NCBI GenBank assembly: GCA_965644315.1
Contig: CBFFRQ010000064.1
Location: 62,001 to 126,000 of the forward strand
Origin: Caecitellus pseudoparvulus
Taxonomy: Eukaryota; Protista; Bigyra: Bicosoecida
DNA: 64,000 nt
Reading direction: 5' to 3'
In this document: positions 13,701 to 26,867 of the stretch, piece by piece
How the letters are laid out: each line of letters begins with the position of its first letter
How positions within the stretch are numbered: the stretch's first letter is position 1
Notes under the pieces: generated by a model
Databases searched by the model: none
What the model was told of the DNA's origin: nothing
Seen by the model: only the letters and a program-made list of their open reading frames with translations
Made by a program: the position numbers and the translations under genes

Positions 13701-16700
13701 GCTCCAATGCTGGCCCAGCCGCCAGCCATTGGGAGCCGTTTGTCGCAGCCATGTCTGCTGCATTCTCCCTGCAGCCGTCCTGGGGCTCCGCGCCTCCCCA
13801 TGCCGAGCCTGGCAGCACACACGAAGGAGCACGTGCTGAAGCCAGTGCCGGCATGTGGCTGCCTGCCATTCACAAACTGATCGCACGAAAGGCGTCTCCC
13901 GATCCCAGCGTCAAGGGCACTCATTCCTTGTCCTGCGCGGTTTCCGCAGGCACGCGGTTTGCAACGCTGAGCTCCGGTGCCCTGCCGTCCAAGACGAAGC
14001 TGCGCAAACAGGTCCAGGCCAGCCTGCTGGACGGGGGGGCGCCTGCCACCGTCTTTGCAGCAGGCGCCATGTCATTCTCTGCCCCTTCCATCCCCGCGTG
14101 TCGCTCCTCCCCCCTCCGTTTGCTGCAGCGCCTCGTCACGGTGGCTGGCAGCAGCGGCGTCAGCACTTGGCTGCAGAGCCTGGTGGGCTTGCTATCTGAC
14201 GCGATGCTGACTGCAGCTTTGCACCAACTTGATCAGTGCGAGTATGCTCTGCACATGTTTTCACGGCTCACACAGGGGGGTCGCATGCATGTTCTGTACG
14301 CGTCGTGCCTGCACGCTGTTCTACGGGACCTTGAGCCGTGGTTGCAGGACAGCGCTCAGCCGCATGTTTCACGGCTGTGCAGAGTCCTCGAGGCATCACC
14401 TTTACATGCTAGCGAGGACTCCACAATGCGTCTCTGCCTGTGTGACGCCTTCCTGGCCATGTCGGCCATCGGCACACTGATGCATTCTAGGGTTGCGATC
14501 GCACACTCCCTCGTGCACCACTTGGCAAGTGTCTCGGAGGTACACACTCCCGCAGCATGCCCACCCCCCCTGGTCCGTTTCGCGACATTCCTGTGCAAGT
14601 TACCACGCTTGCATGCGATGTGGGGGGCTGCTTTCCGCCGACAGAACATGTTTTCCCAGCCTTGCGGCTTCTGTGCAGCAAGTGTGCACGAGGCTGCAAG
14701 GCAGCAGGCGGCCGCCTCAGCTGCCGGAATCCTGAGTGGATTCAGCGAGGAAGCCCAAGCGGCCGCATCGCAGGAACTTGACCCGCTTCCTGGGCTCTTG
14801 AAAATCACAGCTGTCTTGCTCGACATGCCTGGCTGCTTGCCCCATGCGGCAACTGTGGCCTGCATTGCTCTCACCCTGGACCCGAGGGTCAGCCAAGAAG
14901 TCGCCCCCAGTGGGGAATGGGTCTTTGAGCTGCATCGGCTGAAACTTCACCCCGCTCTGAAGTCAGGCCCAGAAGGTGTCCTCGCCATGTCCACAGCCCA
15001 AATGGTGCTGCGCCGGGCAGAGCAGCTGCCAGGCGCCGCGCTGGGAACCATCGCAGGCCTCCTGGCCCAAGCTGTCGCCATTGGTGCCGCTGGAGTCGTG
15101 CACCGAAACGGAAGCACGCCCCAGCGCTGTGCCTCGTGGCTGCCCTTGCTTCAGCAGGCCTGGGAAGGCTGGCGTTCGGGTCCGCCCGCCCACGTGACAT
15201 CGCAGCCGATCAGCCTCCTCGGCCATGAGCACACCGGAGCACTCCTGCGCGACGCCCCTGTTTGGATGGCTGTCCATGAAAGGGGGGGGGACTTGGTCGT
15301 GCCTGATGCCCGCCGCTCTGCGCCTTCCCTAACCTTGCGGTATGGCGTACCGGAGTCTCACCCAGCCGCGGAGCTCGCTGACAAAGACGTGGCCACACTG
15401 CGCTTCGCAGCAGCAGCACTGAGCCTGGCAGGTGGGACGGCAGGTCATGATCAGCTACGCCTGCCCCAACGGCGAAGCAAGAAGAATGCCGACATGCACG
15501 ACCCCTCTCTGCAGCCGCTCTCAGCACCGCTGCCATGGGAGGTGCTGGGCGGCAAGGCGGGGCCACCGCCTGTGCTGCCCAGAAGTCGGCCAGTTGCCCG
15601 AGCACCCTTCGAGCATGTGGCGGCCAAGTCTGAGCTTGGGACTCGCCTGCGTGTCCTGCAGCCAGTGCCTGCCCTGGGTGAAGCCAAGACGCTTTCCGTG
15701 CCAGCCTTCAATGCTGTGGAGCTGGCGGTGACCGCTGCCTGCCACGTGGGCTGCCTGCAGGCTGCTTGCGACTCCATGGTCGGCTGGATTTCCAACCTTG
15801 ATCAACGTGCTGTCGTGGTGAGGGCGTTTCGGGAGGTGTCCCAAGCCATCGCCGTGCTGTACGCTGCACAGGGGCGTTTGGTGAAGCAGTCTGGGTGGAT
15901 GATGGCGACTCTGCGCCTGGCCCAGGGTGAGCCGGTCAGTCCCGAGAGGGGGCTTGTCTTTGCTGTGCTAAGTGCCGAGCACCGGCACAGCATCGTCTTG
16001 TCCAATGCCCAAGCAGCTGTGATGCAGTCGCTTGTCGACGTGCCGCAGGCAGCCAGCGGCAGCGGCCTCCACTTCCCTGGCAGTCTACCGGGAAGCGGCC
16101 TCCATGCCAGCGGCCCCAGCGGCCACAGCATGGCTGCCGTTCTGTCTGCACTGGCCTCTGCTCTGTACTGCAGGTGCCTAATGGTGGCAGGAGCCCCGGC
16201 CCACGTGCGTGCGTCCCAGCTGGCCACCCTGGCACACCACGTTGCCGAGTGCGGCTTCGGTGGGGTGTCTGTGGGGGGCCACAGCGCAGCAAGGGCACTG
16301 TTGAGTGCTTGTCAGCCAGCGCTTTCCCTGAACAACCAAGCCCTGCTTGCTGGCCCGCCACAGTTTAACTTTTCCGCCGCACTCTGGCCCCTTCTCTGCC
16401 GCAACGCGCCGGCGCCCCCAGAGTGGTCCCAGGCTGCCCTGGTGCTCGGACACCTCTTGTTTGCTGCGCTCATGAGCACATCCCTGGAGGACCTGCCCTT
16501 TGCTGTCATGCTGCCTTTCTTCTCCAGTTTTGGTGTGCCGGCACAGCACCCCTTGGCCAGCGAGCAGGGCGCTGGTGAGGAGCTCAAGCGCCTCCAGCTC
16601 AGCGCGGACCGCGAGGCAGGCAAGCAGCGTGACTGCGGGGTGCGCAACACGCTGCTCGCTGGTCTCCCCGTGCAAACCCTGCTGTCTCTTTCCACTGCGC

Positions 16701-19700
16701 ACATTTGCATGTTGGTGCTGGCGCGCATTCCCCCAGCAGAGCTGGGCGCGGTCAACTTCAGCCTGCTGGCGCAGGGTGCGGCTGCACTGGGCCAAGCGTG
16801 GGCCTACCTGGCTGTCCTGGGCACACAGGACCACCTTGCTGCGACAGCAAGCCTGTGGCTCCCAGCCATCTGCCCGAGCCCAATCGTTTCAGCCGCCAAC
16901 CCCGCAGGCGAACCCACTTCCACTAACGCCATGCTGGTGTCTCCCAGCATTGCCCCCTGGTTCAGGCCACATGCAACGCCCATCGCGCAACTTACCAGCA
17001 AGTGCTGGTCCATCCCAGCCCTTGCACCACGCCTGGCGCAGTCAGACCCCGCCTCGCAGTCGCAGACGTGCCCCCCCAACGGATTCGTGCCAGCCAGCTC
17101 CCACGCAATCAGTGACTTGGCAGCACAGGTGGCAGCACTTGCCGCCCACATTTCTACGGTAGCAGATGCTTCCCTTGCTAGCCGTCGAGCCGGGGAGTTC
17201 GTGAAGCTGTCCACCGGCCGTCTCTGTGCCGAGCACGCCGCCACAGGTGGGCCCACGCTTGCCCATATTCGGCACGCCGGGCAGGTGAATGACTTGCCCC
17301 CTGCCACCCCCCTTGCTGAGGGTGAGTGGAGCTTGCAGTTGCATCAGCAGGCCATGTGGAGCGCGGGGAAAAAGGGGGTACGTGCGGTTCTGGCGCAAGG
17401 CGTCTGTGGCGCGTCAGCGGACCCCGTGCCGGGGCTGACTGCACATGCTCTTTGGGCAGCCGCGTCAGGGTGTGGCCAGTGGGGCACCAGCCAAGAGAGT
17501 GGCAGCATTCCACCCCACCTGAACCCTGCCTTGCACCCCGATGTGCCCTTTCTCGGCGTGGGGGATGTGTGGCCAGAGCCTGCGGCTGTGGCGGTGTATT
17601 CCGAAACCATGCCAGCTGCCCATGCCAAAGCCATTGCCAGTCTTCCATTGACGAGTGCCACTGCTTTCGTCCATGGGACGTCTCAGCCAGTGGGCAAGGT
17701 GCGCCCTTCCAGCCGCGTGGATGCAGTGCTGCCGTACCAGCACCAGTGGTGCCGACTCGTGTTCACGCCGGCGCGGTCGGCAGCGCAGGCGGCCTTGGTC
17801 GGGCACGCAAGCCAGCTGGAAAAAATTGCTGGCACACCGTGTTCCAGCGATGCACACGCGGCAGCGGCAGCGCTGTACCACACACTGCACATCCTGTCCG
17901 CCGCTCGCGAGGTGCTGTGCTTGTACGTGGAGCCTGACCGAACCGCTCAAGGCGGCGAAACGGTGCCCTTTCCAGCCTTGGACGGCGGAGTGCACCAGCG
18001 GCAGGCGAGCCTGGCCCCGACTGAGGAGCTTCAGAGCTTCCTTTTCAGTGTTGGCGCTCAGGCAGTGTCTCCTTCTTCGAATCCCTCCCTGGAGCAGCTG
18101 CAGGAAACGGCCCTGGTGGCTCCCAGTGCAACCCAGCAGGGGGGACAATCCCCGAGCTTCATGCAGACTTGGGCTGAACTCCCATCCCTCATCGTGCACA
18201 TGGGGCTGTCAGAGGCCGCTGAGTTCGTCGCGGCCCTGGCAGCACGCCACACGCCTAGTTCAGACTTGCCTGCAGCACTCGCTGGGCTGATGGAAGGGGA
18301 CATCGTGGGTCTGCCCACCCACGATGGCGACGGCATCACAGCACTTCGCGTGGGCCCTGATGCAGAAGGAAAGCTTGCGTGCACTGTCGTTCCGCATGGT
18401 GCTGATGCTGCCAGCACCTTGATCCAGCGGTCTGGTGCAGAGATTGCACCTGATGAGATCCTTGCCCTGCCATGGCCGCTGGCAGATGAAACCACCTCTG
18501 ACTTTGCTGCCGATGCCGTGCGAGTCTTGGCAGAGCAGTTGGAGCAAGCAGTGCAGCGCTTGCGTGGGGCCAAGGCTGCAGTCACCAATGCTCAGGCAGC
18601 CCTGGACGCAGCGAGGGCCGAGGAACAAACCATCAGGGAAACTGGGGCAGCGTTAACACCAGTTGGGAGTGCAGTCGACGCCGCACCTGCTGCAGAACCG
18701 CTCTCCTCGCCTGTCAGCGTGGAAGACAACGCGCCCGACTCGCAGCCGGCCCTGCTGGTGACTCAAGGTAGCGAATCTGCAGCTGACACGCCAGCAGCCA
18801 GTCAGCGTGACACCACACCTGCTGACACTGACTCTGCGCGGAAGGCAGCCCTGCAGAGCGCCGCCAACGCAGTCAGCAAGGCCGAGACAGCTGCAACACA
18901 CGCATCCCGCGAGCTCCTGGCCTGTGAGGTGCACGCCATGTACCTGCGTGGTGCTGCCCAGGCGCTGCAACGCTGGGATGCTGAGGGGCAGCTGCAGAGG
19001 TCCATGCATCGCCTGCTGCGCGCGAGCCTGGAGCCGCACAAGAACCAACCAGCCACCCTCACCTTGCATGTGCGATCGCTGGACTATCTCAGAGAGCTGC
19101 ACCGGGTGACTTCTGACCGAGCCATTTCTCTGTGGATGCAAGACAGCACTCGTGCAGTCATCACTGGCACACCGGCTTCCGCCGCTCCGAACCAGGAGCA
19201 GCAAGCACGTGTCATGGCCTCACTCGGCCTGCTTGGCCTCGGCGAAGCTGCCGCGAGAATGCTGTGGAAGCACCTCTTGTCGCAGGGCTCGGCCGCCGCC
19301 GCACTGCAAGGCAGCCTCGCGAGCCACGTCGCAGCCACGGCACATGCTTTGGCCAAGGACGCCGCTGTGTCCCCTGCATCCCATCGAGGGGCGCTGCCGT
19401 GCGATGCCCCTTTGCAGGCGCCCTGTGCGCCCATGCGCTGGGGCAACGTGGGCTCTGGCTGCGGGCTGGGCTTCGTGCCTCAGCGGGGGGCGGTCCTGCA
19501 CCAGACCGTGCTCCTCCCTCGCTGGCTGCGACGCCTGTCTCTGACTGTGGCCTGTATCCGCATGTGTGCAGTGCTGGTGGGGCACGGGGGGGTGGTGCCT
19601 GTTCAGCAGGACGGGCCCACTGCACGAGCTGTGCAGGCAGGCACAGAAGTGCTCACTCTGGCCGCGGCTGCCATAACTGGCGACTTCGCCCCCGAGAGGC

Positions 19701-22024
19701 TGGATGCGACAGTGCAGGCCACTGCGTCTCTGTGCAGCTCGGTGCTCGCGACGCCAGGGGGTGTTTGGCACGCGTCGCTGTCCATGCACCAAGACACGTG
19801 GCACGTGACGCAGCTGCTGGCTCGAGCCTGCCGGCAGCTGGCGGTGCTGCTCACCGGTACCGCTGTCATCCCCGCCCTGCGCGACAAGCAGCAGCACTTT
19901 GGCAGCCTCGTTCCAGCACTGCATGGCTGCAGCGTGCGCGGCATGGCCAGGGCGGCACAGCTGTGTGCGGCCGCCTTCCATCGCCGTGGGGGGCGGGGGG
20001 CTCACGTACCACACCTGGAACCTGTGCGGTGTGGCTGGCCCAGTCACCTGGTGCGCCTGCCGCCGCTGCCGCCTGCCTCTGCGCCTTTGCGGCAGAAAGA
20101 AGCACTGTTGCCAAGCCTGTACAAAGCCCTGGCAGCTGTGAACAAGCTGGCGCTGGCTGCTGATGAGCTCCTGCAGGGGGCGACAGGGGTCCAGCAAGAT
20201 GTGCTGCGGGCCCTGTCGGAGTGCGAGACCAGCGTCTTGCAACTGCCCCAGCGCACACTGACAGCTGGCAGCGCCACCCCCCGCAGTGACTGCACGAGCC
20301 GCACTCCGGGCTTGTGGGCGTGGGCCCTGACTGGAGCAGGGCAGCCCCTTATCGCCACCGACTCGCCCACAGACACCTCTGTGCTGCTAGGCCCCTGCAC
20401 CAGTCTGTCCTGGACGACAACTGACGGCTCCACCACGGCGGTGTCCGTCGTGCCTGTGCTGTTCACCAAGCCGTTCCGGGCCTGTCGTGCTGTGCCCGTG
20501 TCAGTGCTGCTGTCTGGCACCAGTGTGTGGCAGGATTGGAGCCCACCCGCCGCGCTCTCAGATCTCGTCATCTCTCACTTCGACGCTGACAGAGCCCAAG
20601 CCAGCTCAACTGCAGCTGGCGAAAGCGATGCGGCGCACCTGCTGGAAGACCTCTCTGGCGCACTCTCGCTGCCGAAAGGGGCTTGGGGGGTGCTGGAGGT
20701 GCAGCTTCGCCTGCTGGCGGTGCACTACATGTGCGTCGCCGGCTTCACGGCGCTGCTGAGGTGTGCGCCGCACATGTTCGGAGCTCGGCGACGCCTGGCA
20801 GACACCCAGCAACGCCTGCCTGCCTTGCATCGCGCCTTGCACACGACGTTTCTTGACCTGCGGTCCCTGGCTGGCCAGCCCACACGCCTGGAACGGTGGC
20901 AGCCCACGCCACAGGCGACGCCTGCGACTGCCCCGGCTGGCGGAAGCAAGCGGTCTGCGTCTCGTGGCGCAAAGCGCGCGCCTGCACCAAAGCGCCGGCG
21001 CTCTTCACGCGTGGCGGGAAGTGCGTCGAGCGCTGTGACGGCCACTTCTGCGGAGACAGAGTCTGACTCCGAGTCAAAGGCCGCCCCCATCTCCCCGAGC
21101 AGCCTGCCGCTGAAACACCCACCCCGTCCCAGACTCGAAATCGTCGCACCACCCTCGACCAGCCAGGACACAGCTGTTGCCACACCGGCAAGCCACGAAG
21201 CAGTCGGCTGCACGGTCGGCGCGGCGGCTGCCTTCCGAACACTTCAGTATCCCTTTGCAGACAACAAGAAGATCGCCCAGCACCAGCTGGTGGCCGTGTG
21301 GCAAGAAGTCCCGGTCGCCATGCCACCGGACCTCGGTCTACTCAAGGCTGTCGCGGTGAGTGCCGCGCAGGCGCATGCAGGTGCCGGTGGTGCCGCCCAC
21401 CCAGCCCAACACCGCTTGCCCAACTGTGTGGAAGGGTTGTCCAGGGGCATGCAGCCGTACCAGCGCCAGCGGTACAGGGCCCTGCACTTCATGCTGGATG
21501 CCGCCAGTGCGGTCTTCCGGCAGAGGGATGGGTCCTCTCCTGCTGCGCAGCGGGGCCCGTGCCAAGCAGCTGTGGACACCCTGCAGCGCCTGGGCTCCTG
21601 GCTTCTCCAGCCTGAGGAGGGCGCAACGGCCTTCACCATCACTGCAGCTGTGCGCATCATCACGCTCACGTGTGAGCTGGTGGCTCCGGCCGCCTCACAC
21701 ATGGCCTGGCCGGCCCACGAGACCTCCCTCCCGCAAGTCAGCATTCCCAGAGGCTTCATCCACCTTGGCCGCCTGTGGCAGACGACTGAGCAGCTGGCGC
21801 AGCGGGAGTGGCTGGTCGGGCCATACTCGACGTCCCTGCACTCCCGCAACCCAATCCTGTGTGCGTCCTTGCAGAAGTTCGTGGCCAACTGCGCTGCCCA
21901 CGCACCCGAGCTTGACGACGGGAGCACAGACAGTGACTCGGATGCCGAGGTGGGCCTCGCTCTGCCACAAGTGGGGGGAGCATCAGCCCCAGGAGACCGA
22001 CGTGGCAGCGGCGAGGTGCCCTAA
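10764..22024 (+). CDS. Giant uncharacterised Ala/Leu-rich protein (~3,710 aa)
   Basis: Phase-consistent exons 10764-10850, 10912-11001 and 11069-22024 (GT-AG introns of 61 and 67 nt); final exon 10,956 nt with no internal stop; basic NLS-like KRAPAPKRRR near 20970-21001. Confidence 0.8.
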
Positions 22025-22077
22025 GCAATGCATGAGCACGCTGATCCGCAGTGCATTCCGGCGCCTGGCCTGCCAGC

Positions 22078-23071
22078 CTAGTCCTCCTCAGCAATGGCTG
22101 TCAGGTGTGCCTCCACCTCCTCCTCGCCCAGCAGCTTGAAGGGCTCCTCTGCAGTGGCCACAGCCACCTCCAGGTCACTGGCCTTGTAGTCGGTCCCATG
22201 CACGCTCTGAATGCACAGCAGCGCCCTGCGCAGCGCCGCCGTGACGTCAGCAGGGGCTCCCTTCTTCGCCTCCTTCTCAAGCCAGCTGGTGGCCTCAGCC
22301 GTCTTCGGGCCGGCGGCACACGCCTTGTACCCCGTCTTGACGCCAGCAGGGTCACAGAGGTACAGCTGCGGGCCAGCCTCGTCGTCCACGCCCCCCAGAA
22401 TCATGTAGGAAGCCAGTGTGCGCTTGGCGCTGTACTGTGTGTACACCTGGCTGTCGTCAGCGATCTTGGTGGCCAGGTACGAGACTGGGATGGGGTAGCC
22501 GTTGTCATACTCGAACTCTGCTGCGATCTGGCGTGCCTTCTGCGCCCAAGCCCGGCTGTCGGCTGCAGATGGCAGGTGGGTCTGGTGAAGAGAGAGCTGG
22601 CAGTGACGCTCGCCGCTGTCCCACTCACGAGCAATGCCGGTGAAAACGCTACCGATCTTGGGGGTAAGAGCATACATGTTGCTGACACTGCTGGCATCCA
22701 CCAGCTTGTCCTGTGGGAGTGGTGCACGGCGGGGCGAGTGAGCAGCGCGTGGAGGCAGCAAGGCAAGCTCGGCGTGGCGTTTTGCACTGGCGTTTCGTCA
22801 GCCTTGCCCTGTCAGCACCTGCGGCAGGCACGCACCTGAACCTTCTTCTGCGTCACAAACACCACACAGTCCTCCCCTCGCACTCCGATGCTGGTGTAGC
22901 CCGGGATGTCTGCCGCCTTCAACGCATACTCTGCGAACAGCCGCGGGCACAGTGCAGGCGTGGCGTGCTCAGGCACCACCCCTGCTCAGGGCACACACCG
23001 ATCTGGTACAGACTGCCCTCGGGTGAGAACACCGTCATGTTCCGGTCGTATCCTGACGCTGAGCCAGCCAT
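22078..23071 (-). CDS. PSMA6: 20S proteasome subunit alpha type-6 (alpha1)
   Basis: Four exons; GYDRNMTVFSPEGSLYQIEYA, TSIGVRG, TQKKVQDKL, AAEFEYDNGYPIP and LYLCDPAG motifs. Confidence 0.95.
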
Positions 23072-23312
23072 GGTGTGTCTTGCTCAGGGGATCGAGGCAG
23101 CCACACTGCGCGTGGCGGAGTGCGGCACTGGCGTGGAGCAGGCGCTGGAGCTGCGCTGCTGCACGTGCTGTGCTGCCGAACGAGCTGCTGACAGGGGGCT
23201 CACAGACTTGCAGTGCGCTGGAGCAACATGCATGAATTGAAATTGACCTCTGCCAGATGTTGCCAGGCAGGTCAGCAACTGCACTCGCGAACACGCCACC
23301 ACCCAGCTTGCG

Positions 23313-25023
23313 CTACAGCACCGTTTCGCCGCCCGCCTCGGGAGCCTTGCCAGCCACACCGCGTGCAACAACCGCCGCAGGGCGACTGTGGAATCCAGCG
23401 GCTGTGGCCAGGAGCTGCTGGAAGGGCGACAGGGCGTGCCACAGCGTGGCTGGTAGCTCGTGCCCGGTGGCTACGTTACCCGAAGTCACTGACGGCTGCG
23501 GTTGGATGCTGTCGTCACTTATGGGGGACCCGAGGGTGTCGCGGCGTGAAGGGTCGGTGGGGTGGCGCATGGAGTCGCGCAGCCAGCTTGGACGGGGCAG
23601 TGGGACGGTGCTGCCTGTGGGGGCCACGGGCGTGGGTAAACGTGCGTCGCCCCACCCCGCGCTTTCTTGCAGCTGTGTGGCGAGCCAAGAGCACAGCCGA
23701 TCTGAATCGGCGGCTTGGCGAGACAAGGTGTGCACCAGCTGTCGTCCATCCAGTGGCAGGTCGTCCTCTTCCTCGGAGCTGCTACCTTGCGCATCGGGAG
23801 AGTGTGCTGGCATGGGCCAGCCAGCAAACGCTGACGCTGCCGTGCGCCCACGAGGCCGGCGGACGTGGCGACGCACTTGCCGCATGTGCGAGGAGCGATC
23901 ACTGCTCAAGGTCGGCACTGCAGCCAGCATGTGCTGCAGGGCCAGGGCTTGCTGCTGCGCGATCTCCTTCACGTTCACTCCAAGGGACCACTTGTTCATG
24001 CTGCGCTCCGGGTGCGTGTCCTCCACCACTGTCACGGCAGCGATGCGGCCGTTGGGGTAAAACTGCAGGAACTGGTGCTCCAAGCGGCACTTCCAGTATC
24101 GCTCCGGGCCACCTGTGGGGGCAGTGAGCTCAGTGCATGCTTTGAGAGATGAAAGCCTGGGCTTCGGCACTCACTGCCAGTCTGCAGTCTCACAGCAACA
24201 TAGCAATGGCGCTGCTGCCTGCCGATGCTTGAGAAGAACGCCGCGCTGATGTCTGCCTTGTCATCAGGGTGCACGATGTCCAGCATGGAGCTGTCTTGAG
24301 CTTCGTACTCAGCCAAGTCAGTTGCTGTGAGCTCCCGCATGTGCTGATTCACGACCTGCAACACGAGCAAGAGAGGCGATAAATGACGCGAGGATGCAGC
24401 ACAGCCTGAGTAAGGGGCTGCCGGGGAAGGAGGGCGCCACGCACCAAGTGCATGGCAGTGTTTTTGTCTGGAGGAAACACGAAACGCGCCGCAGGCATTG
24501 GAGACAGGGCCACTCGGCGGTCCATAAGAGCTATGTCGTCTGCAGCCTTCACAGCGCTTGCAAGGTCCCCAGTGACGGCCTGGGACAGCATTTCCTCGGC
24601 TGCAGCCCGAACGTGTGGCTCCAAGCCGGCATGGGAAAGGTTGTCTGAGCTGGCAGCGACAGCTTCGACGCCACGCAAGGCGCTGGCACCCCGTGAGGGC
24701 AGCACCACCTCTCCGCACAGTGGCGCAGCCGCATTCAGTCCACGCTGGGCAAGGCGAGTTCGCAGCGCAGCAGCCCAGGCTTTCGCGGAAAGGATGGGCG
24801 TTTGGCCGCTGCTGCGTGGCCTGCTTTCGGGCTGGGAGCTTGGCAGGAGGAGAGATGGGGCAGTTGGCAGTGCAGCGCTGCCTGCATCTTGCTCCGCTGC
24901 CTTTGGCTGGTGCCCCTCGCCGTGCAGAGCCATGTTCACCTGGATGATGGCAGCAGCTCGTTCCCGCATGCCCAGGCCGTCTGCTGGCTGCTCCTGGGCC
25001 CGGCCGGGGCTCGCCGACGCCAT
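23313..25023 (-). CDS. PAS-domain protein with disordered termini
   Basis: Two introns (about 24357-24443 and 24113-24174) join VVNQHMRELT...MLDIVHPDDKADI...VRLQTGSG..RYW, a PAS-fold signature. Confidence 0.7.
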
Positions 25024-25264
25024 GGTGCGGGGCGAAAGTGTAGTGCGGAGCCACGCTGCTCCGCCGCAGCCGATTTGTTGAAGCCCAGCACCTCCTAACT
25101 CGAGAACTCTGACAGCAGGAAAGCACCGCAGGGGTGGCCTGGGACAGTGCATGCCAGGAAGAGACTGGTGCATTTTAATTCCGCGGATGCTTTGCGCTCA
25201 CACACCGCAACTGTGGAGCCGGCACAGGGTATAAACGGAGACGTGCCCGCATCCTGGCGGAGTC

Positions 25265-26569
25265 ATGCACTCCGCCGCACGTGCGTGGTTAAGGGCCGCA
25301 GCGCCGACCCCCCCAGTCTCCCGACGACTGTGTTCGTCCCATGCACTGCCCATCACGCATGAACACCGTGCTGCGGCGCTGTGCCGCTCGCTGTCCCCTG
25401 CGCTTGTGCGTGGCCTGACACAGAGCGTGAGTGGCGTTTCGAGCTGAAACGGCGCAAGCACGGCTGTCCACAGCCGCTTGCAGACCTTGCTGCCCCTGCA
25501 CAAGTGCATGAGCGCATTTTGCAGGAGATGGGGTTGGCAGTTGACGTGGACCTTGCCCTGAAGCAGCACGAAGCATACGTAGAGGTGCTGTGTGCAGCTG
25601 TGGGCCAGGTAGTCACCCTGTCGCCGCTGCCAGAGCATCCCGATGCTGTCTTTGTGGAAGACACGGCGGTCTTCTGTGGTGACAGGGCTGCACTGTGTGT
25701 CCCAGGTCACGAGTCTCGCCAGGGAGAGGTCCCATCCATCGCCAGGGCCCTGGCTGGCATGGGCGTCGGCATCGCCTGCCCGGCCTCGACCCCCGGCGAA
25801 GGCCATGTGACAGTCTGCAGTGCGAGCCACGAGGATGCCAGTGATCGAGCGGGTCTGGATGCCTTGCAAGACGCTGCGTGTGGCTCCACTTTGGCCAGCG
25901 GCAGGGCGGCAGGGGTGTGCGTCGACGGTGGGGACGTGCTGAACCTGGGCCGGGAGCTGCTGGTGGGCGTCTCCAGCCGCACGAGCCGCGGGGGTGTGGC
26001 CTACCTACACAGTGTCTTCCACGGCATGCTCCCTGTCTCCGGCGTGGACCTACGGCAGCTGCACTCTGCGCACGGCAGCCTGCACCTCAAGAGTCTGCTG
26101 TCAGTTGTGGGCGAGGACTGTGTAGCCGTGCCCGACTCGCCAGTGCGTGGTCCAGCCCCCCAGCCGCACTCGGCCAGCCACCATGCACGTACACACCACC
26201 ACCTCTCCCACTCCTTCGCAGGTCGGCGTGGCTGCCTTGCAGCAGCTGCTGCAAGCCTCCGCAGTGTACGGCGAGGCCGTGCCGGTCCTCGCTGGCGCCA
26301 CCCTAAACGCCGTGCTCGCGGGACCGGTGGACCAGAAGCGCACACTCTTCGTGGTGCCCGTGCCAGACTGGGAAGCAGCCAACGCTGTGTTCGCTAACGG
26401 CACCCTCATCATCAAGTGCGCGTCAGAGGCGCCCCGCAGCGCAGCTGTGTTCGAGGCGTATGCTCGCGCAGCAGGCTCACAGCTGGGCGTCTCTCAAGTG
26501 CTGCAAGTCGCCACGAGTGAGGTGTCCAAGGTGGACGGCGCGCTGACGTGCTGCAGCATTTTGCTGTGA
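25265..26569 (+). CDS. DDAH: Dimethylarginine dimethylaminohydrolase (amidinotransferase fold)
   Basis: Introns 25427-25524 and 26143-26221; motifs QHEAY, PDAVFVEDTA, RQGE, DGGDV, LHLKS and C-terminal DGALTCCS. Confidence 0.88.
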
Positions 26570-26867
26570 GATGGCGCAGGCCGCCACCTCCCCGCTGTCA
26601 CACCCGGGACCTTCTTTGGCACCTACAGACTGGCGCTTGACGAGGGGCCACGCGCACACCATGCATTGGATGGCCACCTTCTGCCTGAACCACGGCGGTG
26701 TGCCGTGGGCACGTGCTACAAGCTGGTACCGGCCCATCCGCGGCTGGCGACTCCACACCATAAACACAGCAAGCCTGCCAAGAGTCACTGCTGGAGCACA
26801 CCAAGCACTGCCTGCCAAGCTTATCGTGATAGCAGTTCTTGGCGCAAGACGCTCACGCCCTCTGCAC

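Noticed and set aside
11069-22024. Giant exon as an endogenous virus, Polinton or transposon
   Set aside because: No integrase, polymerase, capsid or terminal repeats were seen; composition resembles the flanks and it has host-type 5' introns.
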